Assembly: GCF_009914755.1 (NCBI RefSeq)
Contig: NC_060936.1
From: the human T2T-CHM13v2.0 reference genome, Homo sapiens
DNA length: 64,000 nucleotides
Strand: one strand, 5' to 3'
Made by a program: the position numbers and the translations under genes. Shown here piece by piece: positions 23,008 through 40,369 of the stretch; within the stretch, counting starts at the first letter, position 1; each line of letters begins with the position of its first letter. The notes beneath the pieces are model-generated. The model saw only the letters and a list, made by a program, of their open reading frames with translations. It was not told the DNA's origin and searched no databases.

Positions 23008-23655
23008 TTATTATCAAGCATAGGATAAATTGGAGAAAGGCAGGTTTGTGACAAAACTGATCAGAGGCCGTTTGCATAGTGCCAGGTGTTAAACATCTAT
23101 TAACTAATTTCATGACACTGTCTTGTCACTTCTCACTTTTGGTCTGTGTTTTTTAATATTCCAAGAAAAGTTATTAGACTAGATGATCTCTAAGATCACT
23201 TCCCATTCTATCATTTTATTGTCTGGTTCTTACCTAATACCAATATAATGTGTGTTTGAGATGGTGAAGGTTCAGGAGTTATTGGCCACATTTCACAGAT
23301 GGGAAACAGGGCAGCGGGGCACGGGGTTTGCTTCAGATCCGTGGGTCCTTGCTGAGCTCTACTTCATTAAGCGATCAATATTTCCTGGCTCCTGAGTGGA
23401 ACTGCAGTTACATTTCCCTTTGGAAAAGCTGGTCTGTTTTTACCAATAGGCCTGCAGAAAAAAACCAAGGCCGGCCAGGCGCGGTGGCTCATGCCTGTAA
23501 TCCTAGCACTCTGGGAGGCCGAGGCAGGGGGATGACCTGAGGTCAGGAGTTCGAGGCCAGCTGTCAACATGGTGAAACCCCGTCTCTACTAAAAATACAA
23601 AAATTAGCTGGGCGTGGTGGCACATGCCTGTAATCCCAGCTACTCAGGGGGCTCA

Positions 23656-23790
<135 letters not shown>

Positions 23791-24119
23791 TTATGAAAAA
23801 ACACAACAACACCACTTATTCTACTCCCACAGCCTACCTAGGCTTTGAAGCCCACAGTATTGAGAGTAAGAAAACTCAGAGGTGCTAGGACTGCCAGGAG
23901 GCATGTAGGAAAGAGGCTAGAGGAGAAGAGGAATAGATTTGAAGCCACTAAGGAGAAATTTCAGTGATCTGTGGACTAGGATGGCGGAGGGGGTGGGGAC
24001 CTGATCCCAATGGCACAATGACAAGGTCAGCCTCATCTCTTCTCTCTGTTCTTGGCAACAGCCAGTCTAGCCAGAAAGAGCAATCTGTCAAATCTAATTA
24101 AAGTAGAAGAAAGTGAACA

Positions 24120-24137
24120 ATGGGCGCCCAGCTCTAA
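24120..24137 (+). promoter_or_regulatory. 5-codon uORF (MGAQL*) immediately before the alternative TUBA1C start
   Basis: ACA ATG GGC GCC CAG CTC TAA A ATG; A at -3, G at +4. Confidence 0.55.
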
Positions 24138-24138
24138 A

Positions 24139-24351
24139 ATGACAGCCTGGTTCAATGGGGTGGAGGAGCTAGGGAGGGATGAGTGCTTTGTGTGCTTGGA
24201 ATTAGATCCTTCAAATGGATCCTTTCTGAATGCAAAACTGTACATCTCTAACTGGATTCTTATTTACTTCACCAGGACTCTTCAGCTCCCTGCGCCTTTT
24301 AACACATGCACATCCAGCAAAAGCAGAGGAGAACCTGGCTGTGATTCAAAG
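24139..24351 (+). CDS. TUBA1C: Alternative upstream coding exon of TUBA1C: 71-aa N-terminal extension (MTAWFNGVEE...EPGCDSK)
   Basis: Unique sequence; ATG 24139, 71 open codons ending at strong phase-0 donor AAG|GTAAGG (24351/24352), the same phase as canonical ATG|GT; 71+448=519 aa, matching a long TUBA1C isoform I recall being annotated; a polypyrimidine/CAG acceptor also exists at 24061. Confidence 0.8.
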
Positions 24352-25860
24352 GTAAGGCTGTAATAGTAATGTAATGTAAATAGCTTCATCATGCACGGCT
24401 TGGACATGGTACTGTGTGCATGCAACTGATATTTGTGAATTTGCTCCTATTTATTGTTTCATGTTTAATTATATTGGTGGCATTAGTGTTTATCTTATTA
24501 TTTCTGCAATCCTTTTTATTATAAGGCTTATTATTGGAATATTGAAATTTCAGAGCAGTCTGAAGTTTTATTAGGACCACAAATAGACATATTTTCAGAT
24601 GCAAAACACATTAATTATATTTTTGTCTTATACTTTAAATGGCCTCCCTGATTTGAATATTTTAGTTTCTGAATCAAAAGTGGGTTGCACAGGGAAGAGG
24701 CATATTTTATAAATGGAATCAAATGAGCATATCCCTTAAAATACATGCATGAATACAGGCTATTGAAGCCTAAAAACCATGCATCTGCAGAATCTAAAGT
24801 CTCAAATTACAAGAGGCCTGTTATCAGCAAATATTATACTAAAGAATGATTTATTAATTTTACTCTACTTTAGTGTGGGATACTCAGACATCTTAAAGGT
24901 GTGAGGAAAAACAATTCTGTGAAGTGGGAGGGAGAGAATGGGAAGAGAGTAGGCGCTAACACAATCTGCAATTTACAAGTCTCTGTTCCCCAGGTTTGGA
25001 TGGCTTTTCCTATGCGTTATCTCATTTAATCCTCAGGGCACCCTGTGAAGTGTGTTACTATCCTCTCCACTCTGCAGATAAGGAAACTAAGGCTTTGAGA
25101 AACCAGCCCAAGGTTACAGAGAAAGGCAGTCGGGCCTTGAACCCAGGTGGTCTGCTTCCAAGTCTATTGAACTTCTCAGGAATATATTTCTGGTAGACAC
25201 AGGAGACATTAAATTTAGAAAATCATTAAAGTATTAATAATGTCAACATGAGGACACTCCTCTAATCTATTGGTCTTCCCTGGACATGAAGGAGGCGGTG
25301 GATTTTAGCTTGGTGTATTTGTATCACTTTCCCCACTTTACTGCATGTTGCGAACCTTTATCTTTTTTGCGTGCGTGTGACAGAGTCTCACCCTGTCGCC
25401 CAGGCTGGAGTGCAGTGGCATAATCTCGGCTCACTGCAACCTCTGCCTCCTGGGTTCAAGCAATTCTTTGCCTCAGCCTCCCGAATAACTAGGATTACAG
25501 CTGTGCACCACCATGCCCAGCTAATTTTTGTATTTTTAGTAGAGACAGGGTTTCACCATCTTGGCCAGGCTGATCTTGAACTCCTGACCTCAGGTGATCC
25601 GCCCGCCTTGGCCTCCCAAAGTGCTGGCATTACAGGCGTGAGCCACCACACCCAGTCTATTTTTTAACAGCATCACTTGTTTCTTTTCTGTCCTTTCTTT
25701 CTTTACATACCCCTTATACGAATAAATTATCTTGTAAAAAGACAAAGGAAAAGTCTGCCGGTACTGCTCACTTCACCCCAAACCCAGTCCTCTCCCCAAA
25801 GAAACCCCTGTTAACAATTTGGGGGTGTAACCAACTATTTCTTACCTGTTTGCATAGAGG

Positions 25861-25884
25861 TGTGTGTGTGTGTGTGTGTGTGTG
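25861..25884. repeat. (TG)12 microsatellite
   Basis: Read directly. Confidence 0.95.
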
Positions 25885-25914
25885 CACATCACATTGTTTT
25901 GTGTGACTTTTTAA

Positions 25915-26253
<339 letters not shown>

Positions 26254-27869
26254 TAAGTCAACATCCTGGCCTTTTTTTTTTTTTTCTTTTTTAGAACAGT
26301 CTATGCCTTGTGGAGATCTTTACCTGGCAGTATGCTTAAATCTAATTCATTCTATTTAACTCTTACATAGCATTCCATGCATCATGACTTGTACTGTTTT
26401 CTCTTGACCTCATCTGTGCTTTTGAAATGGTTTAATGGCATACAAGTCAACATTTAACCATATTTGTATTTATGGGGCAGGGAGAGACAGGTGCAAGCTT
26501 TCTGGCTGGCTGGAGTGTTACTAAAAACATAGGAGAAGAAGGAAAGGTGAGACACGCCCACGCCAGTACTGTGAGCCCAAGTGAGAGGCCTGGGGCAGGT
26601 ACAGTGTTATCAGTAGATTCGTTCCCTCTCTGCCTCTGAATATTTGAGCATTTACCTTTTTCTTGAGCCCAGCTGTTCTCCAGACATTTATTCCTTATAT
26701 ATGAGATAACAATAACATCCTCCACAGGGTGCCATGGGGATTAAACTAGAAAATGCACAGGAGAAGACATCAAGCCCAGGCATACTGCGACATGTTCCGT
26801 TATGAATTGTGCCTGTGCTGACCCTTTTCCCTCTCCCTCTCAAATCATGTATTGCTTTTTAAATTTTATTTGAGCTCGTTTGCTCTGAAGGACTATCCCT
26901 CTCACTTCAGATATTAGGTTGCAAGGCTCAAAGCAGGGTGGTTAATAAATGGAGCTATGGAGGTCATCATGAGATGTTCTGGTGCAGGATTTTGCCTGAA
27001 AGCATTGGAAACTGACTGAGAGCTGGACTCAAGTCCTGATGTGGACACTTACTAGCGGTGTGACTTGGGTAATGTTTTGTCATCTGGAAAATAAGCGTAA
27101 TCCTAATAGTAATACTTAAGTCTGTGGGGTGTGGTCAGATATAAATGAGATAATGTATGAAAAGAACTTAGTATCGTTTCTGGTATACAGGAAGGTCAGC
27201 TGCTGTCATTGTTATTTAGAAAGGTTGCACCATCTCCACTTCTGTTTTCTGGCTATAAAGTATCACTGTCTAGCTTCCTCAGAAGTGACAATAAAAACAG
27301 GCTTAATCTCAGAGCACAGCTGTTTGTTGTTCCATTAGTCCATCATTATTTTTTAATTGTTGTTTTTTATAGTCAGGGTCTCATTCTATTGCCCAGGCTG
27401 TAGTGCAATGGTGCAATTATAGCTCACTACAGCCTTAAACTCCTGGGCTCAAGTGATCCTCCTGTCTCACCCTCCCAAGGAGTTGGGACTAACTACGGGC
27501 ATGCACCACCACTCCCAGCTCTAATTTTTAAAAAATTTTTGTAGATATAGGATCTTGTGTTGCCCAGACTGGTCTCATACTCCTGGGCTCAAGCAATCCT
27601 CCCACCTCAGCCTCCCAAAGTGCTGGGATTACAGGTGTGAGCCAGCACTAATTTCTTTTTTAAGTATTCCGAGTGACCACTGCATGTGTAATACCTTGCT
27701 GGGCACTGTGCGAAATATAAAGGAAGTGCGAAACAGGGCTCTTGCCCTCAAAGTGCTTACAACTTTTAAATTTAATCTCCTTAACACTGGAGAGAACACG
27801 GCGTAGTATTGTGAACGTATGTGCCATGGCTATTTTTCTTTAAACTTCTGCTACTTAAAAAAAATAGAT

Positions 27870-27907
<38 letters not shown>

Positions 27908-27921
27908 TAGATAGATAGATA
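27870..27921. repeat. Tetranucleotide STR (GATA)4(GACA)5(GATA)4 abutting an Alu left-arm fragment
   Basis: Read directly; runs into AGATGGAGTCTCGCTATGTTG. Confidence 0.95.
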
Positions 27922-28980
27922 GATGGAGTCTCGCTATGTTGACTAGGCTGGTCTCGAACTCCTGGCCTCAATTGATCCTCCCATCTCAGCCTCCTGAAGG
28001 GCTAGGATTACAGGCATGCACCACTGCGCCTGGCCTTCTGTTACTTTCAGAGGCATCCATAATTCTTGGACACCTGCTCATATGTTCTGTGTCTAGCTTC
28101 AGAATTATTGTAGAAGCTTGCCTGAACGTCACCTATAGAACCTGAGCCATTAGATCATCTATCCCTAAACGCTAATGCTGGGCTGATTTCCTGGCTGGGG
28201 GTGGCTCTCATTTCCTCCAGAGGGCCTGACAGAAGGAGGACAAGAGCTGATTGGGAGGAGCTGCCCTCAGGGCCACCCAACGCTTGCTTTCACAGTAACC
28301 TGCAGATAGTCCCTTGTTCTGGACACAACAGGAGTGGATATTTAGCAAGCAGATGAAATCCAAAGAGCAGAAACTGTCTGAAAGGGCCTGAGGATGCTGT
28401 GTGAAGGGAATGAAGCAACCTCATTTTTGCGGATAAATTCCCCGGAAATAAACCTATAGTATTTACAAAATGTCCACCTTGTCCTTCTCAGCACAGTAAG
28501 CTTTCTCTGACCCACAGAACCCATTTTCTGTTTGGATATGAACTCATTGCAGCCTGCCCAACATGAAATTCCAACTGGACATAAAAGGGCACTTCAGCTG
28601 TCAAGCCACGTGTGGATTTCGGTTTAAGAATCAGCCCAGGCAGCAGATGCTCCAAGTGCTTGGGGAGTGGCACGCCTATTCCTGATACAGAAGTCAGGCA
28701 CCCTTTGTCTTGATCCCCCACTTAAATCAGGGATAGGCAATTCTGAATTTTTAAAAAGGCGCTATGTTAAATCCTTCTTATGAGAAAAAAATATCACTTA
28801 TAATGTAGAAAGTTGAGGTTTCTCAGAGAGCTCTCCCTTTTACTGCTGAAGGGGCTTCTCAGCAGGCAAAGATATCTGCTCAGTAACTTATACCTCTGTG
28901 AAGAAGAGATTCCTAAGTGTAAGATGTATGACTTGTCGTTTTGGGGTTAAGTACAATCCCAAACACTCTGTCTCCACCAC

Positions 28981-30254
28981 CTTTTTTCTGGAGGTGTTCT
29001 TTTTATTTTATTTTTTCAAAGTGGGGCACATTTCAGAAATTTTTGCTGGGAAACTCAGAATACAAACTTAACGGCATGTTAAAATTCTAAAAATAGTTTG
29101 ACCCTGCATTTCACAGAGTTCAGGGCTTCAAAACTGTGCTGTCCAAACATGATTGGTGATTAATTGATTTTGACCCCCTGCAAGAAGTGAAAGCAGCTGG
29201 TTTACGAGACTTGAGAGACAGCCGATTTTCCAAGGGAGAACAAAGAAAAAGTGGCCACCCCTCCCCGCTGGGAGCGCGCTTTGCTTTGTCTGAGCGGACT
29301 CTCTCCAGGGACTGCCGCCGGGGAGGCTCAAAGCTGTGTCCTTGCGATTAGTTTGGTACACTTGGTTCAGCAGCCTGGGGAATGTGGGGAGATGTGTGCC
29401 TGCACAGTATCAACGTTATCAGCTGCCCTGTTCATGTCGCCTCTCCCTGAAGGACACTTTCATAACACAGTAACACTTAGGAGAAGGTTCCCCTCCTTTA
29501 CTTCTGTTTCTCTGCTGATAAACAAATGTCAGGCATCTTCCTGGATCCGGGCCCTGATTCACTAAGTTACTGTATATCCATTGCCCTTTTTTGTCCTCCA
29601 AACACTGAGCTCTCAGTGCTCTTCTGGCTGGATCCAGATTGTGAAGATTACAGCCCCACTGGTTCCTTTCAGGACTTGGGGGCCCAACATTCCATCTCCA
29701 GGGCCTCAAGGAGCCTTCCATTCCTGATGGGTTCCCAATTACCGTGTTTCTGGTGCTACCAGACAAAAGAGAAGGCCCTGTTTTGACCCAGAGCCCTATA
29801 GCTGTGCCCTGATGGGAGATGGGAATTTTGATGTCTGACAACCTGATCAACAGCGTGACTCCTAGACCGAGTGAACCGTGGTCCGTCCACGAGCCTTCAT
29901 CACTAGAGGAAAAACGGAGATGAATGATTATGACGCTTGAAGCAACGAACCTCTGCAAGTAGGAGGGTCCGGAAGGTTATTCCGGAATCACTGGGCAAGG
30001 TGAAGGGCAGGGCTGCGTAAGCGAAAGCGTCTGCTCAGTGCAGGGCAGCATAAACTCTGCAACATAAAAAGAGGGAAGCTGAGCTCTGGCATCATCTTGC
30101 GGGTTGCAGTTCCCGGCAACAGGGCTGGCTCCAGAGCAGAAGCGCAACCCGTCATCTTCCTGCGGGCCGCAGCCATAGGTGGAGAAAGGTGGTACCACAA
30201 GGCTCTCCCACTGGATGACGGTCACGCGCAATAAGCAGATGATTGCAGAGGCTC
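28981..30254 (-). ncRNA. Putative terminal exon of an antisense lncRNA
   Basis: Minus-strand acceptor TCCCTCCTCCTCTCCCCACTTCCCTTTTCTCTGCACCCATTTGACAG|GAGCC (exon starts 30254); ~1.3 kb Alu-free sequence; AATAAA at 29002-29012; 3' end is approximate. Confidence 0.6.
29002..29012 (-). terminator. Overlapping AATAAA polyadenylation signals
   Basis: Plus strand TTTATTTTATT = AATAAAATAAA on the minus strand. Confidence 0.5.
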
Positions 30255-30784
30255 CTGTCAAATGGGTGCAGAGAAAAGGGAAGTGGGGAGAGGAGGAGGG
30301 ACCTAGAAATGGCACTGCAACGATCCTGGAATAAAAACGAGGGGCCACAGTCAGAAATGACAAACGCCTCCACCTTGAAACGCAACCCCTAGCCCATTTA
30401 TCCAATTTGCCTCTGATAACTGCTTTTAATATGTTGTAAATCCCATTAAAGCAGGAGAGAATAAATGAAAGCAGTCCCCTACCAGGTTCTAATTTTCATT
30501 CTCCTTTAGCATTGTCTTAAATAACAAGGACACCCTAAAAATCAAGTCCACCCTGTTTAGCTGTGGCAAGCGCTAAAAACCGTTAAGTTCGTTGAAACAC
30601 TACTCTCCAAACCAGAGTAGGCTTCCAGGTTTCTCTGCAGAGCAGAAAGGAGGCTGTGGTTGTGTCCATGACTTTGCTTCCTTGGTTAGTACGGTGACGT
30701 GCAGCGCCAGGGCCTGGGCCTGGGCTCGGGCTCCCACCCGCGTGGCGCCGCAGTCCTGGCGAGCCCCGAGCGCTCTGTCCCCGG

Positions 30785-30803
30785 TGACCAGCAGGCGGCG
30801 CTA
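30785..30803 (+). promoter_or_regulatory. CTCF motif (forward)
   Basis: TGACCAGCAGGCGGCGCTA vs consensus TGGCCACCAGGGGGCGCTA. Confidence 0.7.
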
Positions 30804-30963
30804 TCTCCAGGCCGCAGCCGCCGCCCCGCCCGCCACGAAGGCCACTTCCGCCGCGGCCCGGCGAGCGCGCCCCCGCCACGCCCTGCTGTTTAGAAGCGGC
30901 CTTTCTTCACATATCGCTGTCCGCGAAAGTTTCTGAACTCTTGTGACAATTAATGCTGTTTGA

Positions 30964-31318
<355 letters not shown>

Positions 31319-31516
31319 TTAATTTGGGATTGCGTAATCAAAAAGTCTTTTAGACATCTCAAATGCATTGCAACTTATTCGAATAAAAAGGGCTCCTGAC
31401 ACGGACAAAAAGGCAGTATAGGTTGAAAATTAGAATGCTTAAAAAAAAAAAAAAATTCCCCTTCCTGTTAGTTCCAGATTTTTCTGCAAGCTTGGAGGAC
31501 AGCTCGCGAAAATTCA

Positions 31517-31918
<402 letters not shown>

Positions 31919-32792
31919 TCAAAAAAAAAAAAAAAAAAATCTTACATAGTTTTTAAAAAATAAAAAGAGACCAGGCTGACTCTCTGCAAGAAAGTGGCCT
32001 GTGTTGAGGAGCCCTCGGGCCTCAATGAGTCGTCATTTGTTACATTGCTGGTCTCTGAGGAAAACCTGAGGCTCAACTCATTTAATTTCCTCCACCGGCC
32101 CACGGGCACAGGGCTACAAACTAAAACTATGCTTTCCATCAGTGCACACAGCGGGTTTCAGGGACAGAAATCACAATGTGCTTATTCTGAATGCTTCTGA
32201 TTTTGCTGAATGGGAGGAGTTTCCAAGGTGAAGAGGGTGACAGAAATGAAATTAATCTGGGAGTAGGGAGATGTTAAAATGTGGCCTTGCCACGGTTTGA
32301 TATAAGATCATGAAGCCCTGCCAACATTTTCCAAACTCCTCAGTCAGTTCTGATTCAGTTGAAGATTTTTCTATTTAGAAGACTTCAGGCCCTTTTCACA
32401 TGAGGGTCTAAATGCATTAGCAAACACATTTATACATATACTTCAGCATGAGCCTGCATTCCCTGGTATTGCACTTTGTTAAAGTCCATAATCAGAAAAC
32501 GTTGGGAGAACTGGTAGAAAGCAGAATATTAGAGCAGATTGCAGTTGGCCCACCCACCCGGAAAAATATGGTATGAGGGATAGAAAGCATTTGTAATGGA
32601 AACATGTTATCAAGCATAGTTCTGACCCGGCAAACCTTGATAGTTACTTTCCAACAAAACTGAATGTTGTATTCAGAGATGAGCTTATGATGATTTTCCT
32701 GAAAGAGATGAAGTAGCTTTATCAACAGTATAGCCTACTGAAGCCTCACTGATTATGTAGTCCTTGGGGTCCATGTCATGTGACTTCCATAT

Positions 32793-33146
32793 AAGTCATG
32801 TGTCATTTAATGACTGATACTTTCTGAGAAATGCATCCTTAGGCAATTTCATCACTGTGCAAACATAGAGTGCACATACACAAACCTAGGTGGTAGTGTC
32901 TTCTACACTCCTAGGCTATATAACACAGCCTATTGCTCCTAGGCTTCAAAACTATATAGCATGTAACTGTACTGAATACTGTAGGCAATTATAACACCAT
33001 GATAAGTATTCCTGTATCTAAACATAGCTAAACAGAAAAGGAACAGTATTTGATACAGTCCGGATTATGATATTATAATCTTACGGAACCACCATCATTA
33101 ATGAGGTCCACCATTGACTGAAACATCATTATGCAAAGCATGACTG
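32793..33146 (+). mobile_element. Tigger3a (MER7A) non-autonomous DNA transposon, essentially full length
   Basis: Termini AGTCATGTGTCATTTAATGAC / CATTATGCAAAGCATGACTG with TA flanks; internal TCTGAGAAATGCATC..ACACAAACCTAG..GCTCCTAGGCT..ACTGTACTGAATACTGTAGGCAATT. Confidence 0.85.
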
Positions 33147-33605
33147 TATAGTCAATATGTTATAAGGACATCCTTTGGTACTTCAATAACTAAGCCCTCG
33201 TGAATGAGACCTGCTGATTCTACCATGATACTGATCATAGAGAAAATGTTAACTTTCTATATGGGTGCTTGAAGAAGATACTCAGACAACTAACAAAACG
33301 AGATGAGAAATAAGATAAAAATCCGGGCCAGGCATCGTGGCTCACACCTGTAGTCCCAACACTTTGGGAGGCTGAGGCAGGTGGATCATCTGAGGCCAGG
33401 AGTTCAAGACCAGCCTGACCAACATGGAGAAACCCCATCTCTACTAAAAATACAAAATTAGCCGGGAGTGGTGGCGCGTACCTGTAATCCCAGCTACTCG
33501 GGAGGCTGAGGCAGGAGAATTGCTTGAACCTGGGAGCGGAGGTTGCGGTGAGCCGAGATCGTGCCATTGCCCTCCAGCCTGGGCAATGAGTGAAACTCCG
33601 TCTCA

Positions 33606-33764
<159 letters not shown>

Positions 33765-34077
33765 CTATTAAAAGTTTTCAAAATTAGCCACATGTGGTGG
33801 CATGTGCCTGCAGTCCCAGCTACTTGGGAGGCCAAGGTAAGAGTATCCCTTGAGCCTAGGAGTTCGAGGGTGCAGTGAGTATGATCGCGCCACTGCACTC
33901 TGGCCTGGGTGACAGAGACCCTGTCAAAAAAAAAAAAGAGAGAGAGAGAAAGAGGGGTGGGGAGGCAGGGAGGAAGGAAAGGAAAAAGGAAAGGGAATGG
34001 AGGGGAAGGGAAGAAACCAGGTGCAGTGGCTCACACCTGTAATCCCGGCACTTTGGGAGGCTGAAGCAGGTGGATTA

Positions 34078-34314
<237 letters not shown>

Positions 34315-34445
34315 TCACTCCGGCAATGCATGAGTGAACTGTATCAGAAAACTAGTAAGACGAAGTTATTGGGTATCGAACTGTGACTAGAATAGGAAAT
34401 ACTGATGGCTAGTGCCACATCTATTGTATCCCACAATTCTGCTAA

Positions 34446-35719
<1,274 letters not shown>

Positions 35720-36222
35720 TCAGGAGGCTGAGGCAAGAGAATTACTTGAACCCATGAGGTGGAGGTCGCAGCGAACTGAGATTTCACCACTGCACTCCAT
35801 CCTGGGCGACAGAGTAAGACTCTGTCTCAAAAAGAAAAAAAAAAAAAAGAAATAAATTGCGTGAAGCTGGGTGCAGCTGCGTACTCCTGTAGTCCCAGCT
35901 ACTCGGGAGGCTGAGTCGGGAGGATCGTGTGAGCCCAGGAGTTGGGAGTCCAGCCCTGGCAACAGAGAGATGGTATTTCTAAATAAATAAATAGCTTGAT
36001 AACAAATCAGCACTGAATATTGGCATTAAGTAGAGAGTCTAGCATCTCTCAGCAAAGGTTTTTTCAGGGCCTCTGGCTTGGGACAGGACCAGGACGGGAG
36101 GTAGAGCAGTGGGATATTCCACTTGTGTGGCACAAGTCAGTCCCTTGAAACTGTTTTCTCTTGTTGTTCTGCTTATTTCAGTTGCTTGTTTGCTAGGAGG
36201 GTGCCTCCACCCTCAGAGCACA

Positions 36223-36223
<1 letters not shown>

Positions 36224-36265
<42 letters not shown>
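36224..36265. repeat. (AC)21 microsatellite
   Basis: Read directly. Confidence 0.95.
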
Positions 36266-36268
<3 letters not shown>

Positions 36269-36598
36269 GCCTTTTTCCTCACAGACATCCCAAGAGCATT
36301 CTCTGAGCATTATTTTTGGGGACGCCAATATAAAAAGGCTGCCCACTCCCCTGGCAGTTGAACTCAGGATTCAAATATTTATGTTTGGCAAAAAGCAAGG
36401 GGAAAACTTTTCTGGAGATGACCTCTCCCTTGACTTTCAGCTTGTTCTATAATTGGGCTTTTGAGAATATGTGACCATTCTCTGAAAAAAAAAAAAAAAA
36501 AAAGAAAGAAACACTAAATTCAGTAGTTTCTATCTGGACCCTAGAGTTAAGTGTGTCCCTCACATTGAAATCCTGATTCCACAGAGGAACTGCCTTAA

Positions 36599-37540
<942 letters not shown>

Positions 37541-37741
37541 TAGGATTCAACACTGAGATGGGAGGGAAAGGTGTTTCCATTGGAGGAACTGGCAGGACCA
37601 CATACAAAGGTATAGACCTGGAAGAGTGACAAGGAGCATGAATGTGGTTTGCTTCAGCCTGAAGGGACTGACAGGAGGTAAGATGGGGTGATTATGATGT
37701 GAGTGTGAGTTTAAGGCAGTGGTCATCAGAACTTGAAATAG

Positions 37742-38496
<755 letters not shown>

Positions 38497-38580
38497 TAGA
38501 CAAGGTGGCATGAGGAAAAAAATGTGGTTTGGAGCCACAGATCTAGCTCCTTCCATTTGTAGAAAATATTACTTAACTAG

Positions 38581-38793
<213 letters not shown>

Positions 38794-39311
38794 TGAAGGT
38801 GCACACCACCACACCCAGCTAATTTCCAGCTAATTTTTTTGTTGTTGTTGTTATTTATACAGACAGGGTCTCCCTGTGTTGCCCAGGCTGTTCTCAAACT
38901 CCTAGTCTCAAGCAATCCTCCTGCCTCGGCCTCCCAAAGTGCTGGGAATACAGGTATGAGCTACCGCGCCTGGCTCATCTGTGACTTCTAATTCTGTTGT
39001 TGTTGTTTTGAGACAGGGTCTTACTCTGTTGCCCAAGCTGCAGTGCAATGGTGTGATCTCAGCTCACTGCAACCTCTGCCTCCCAGGCTCAAGCTGATCC
39101 TCCCACCTTAGTGGCCTGAGTAGCTGGGACTACAGGCGCATGCACCACCACACCCAGCTAATTTTTGTATTTTTAATAGAGACAGGGTTTTTGACATGTT
39201 GCTCGGGCTGGTCTCGAACTTCTAGGCTCAAGTAATCTGCCTGCCTCAGCCTCTGGAAGTGCTGGGATTACAGGTGTGAACCACCGTGCCCGGTCGTGAC
39301 TTCCAATTCTA

Positions 39312-39467
<156 letters not shown>

Positions 39468-40033
39468 CTACTAAAAATACAAAAAATAGCTGGTGGCGCG
39501 CGCCTGGAGTCCCAGCTACTAGCCAAGCTAAGGCGGGAGAATTGGTTGAATCTGGGAGACAGAGGTTGCAGTGAGCCAAGATTGCACCACTGCCCTACAG
39601 CCTGGGTGACAGTGTGAGACTCCATCTCCAGAAAAAAAAAGAAATCAGGTGCTACCCTGTGAGTGCTTCTTACTTGGCTCTCAGGAGCTCCTCCGTCAGT
39701 CATGATGCTTCTCCAATTATCCCTTTGCTTGGGAACATCGCACATAGCATAGTTCAGGATGGCTAAGGGATAGCTTTTTGTTTTTGATTTTTATTATTTT
39801 ATCTATTTATTTATTTTGAGACAGAGTCTTGCTCTATCGCCCAGGCTGGAGTGCAGTGGTGCAATCATGGTTCACTACAGCCTCAATCTTTTTGCTGTGA
39901 AGGCTAAGAGGACTTGGGAAGGGGAGGCTGGAAAAGAAAAATCAGCTCATTGCAAACCATTCTCAGGCAGTTCCCTTTAAGGAAAGGGTACATTTGGTGG
40001 TTTAGAACCTGGAAATTGAGACTTGTAATACTA

Positions 40034-40369
<336 letters not shown>

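Noticed and set aside
25840-25848. Isolated strong minus-strand donor CAG|GTAAGA
   Set aside because: Lies beyond the predicted antisense polyA site with no supported exon partner; such motifs occur by chance
29419-30405. 179-aa and 142-aa minus-strand ORFs in unique sequence
   Set aside because: Non-ATG starts and no recognisable homology; the 142-aa ORF crosses the predicted acceptor; treated as lncRNA exon sequence
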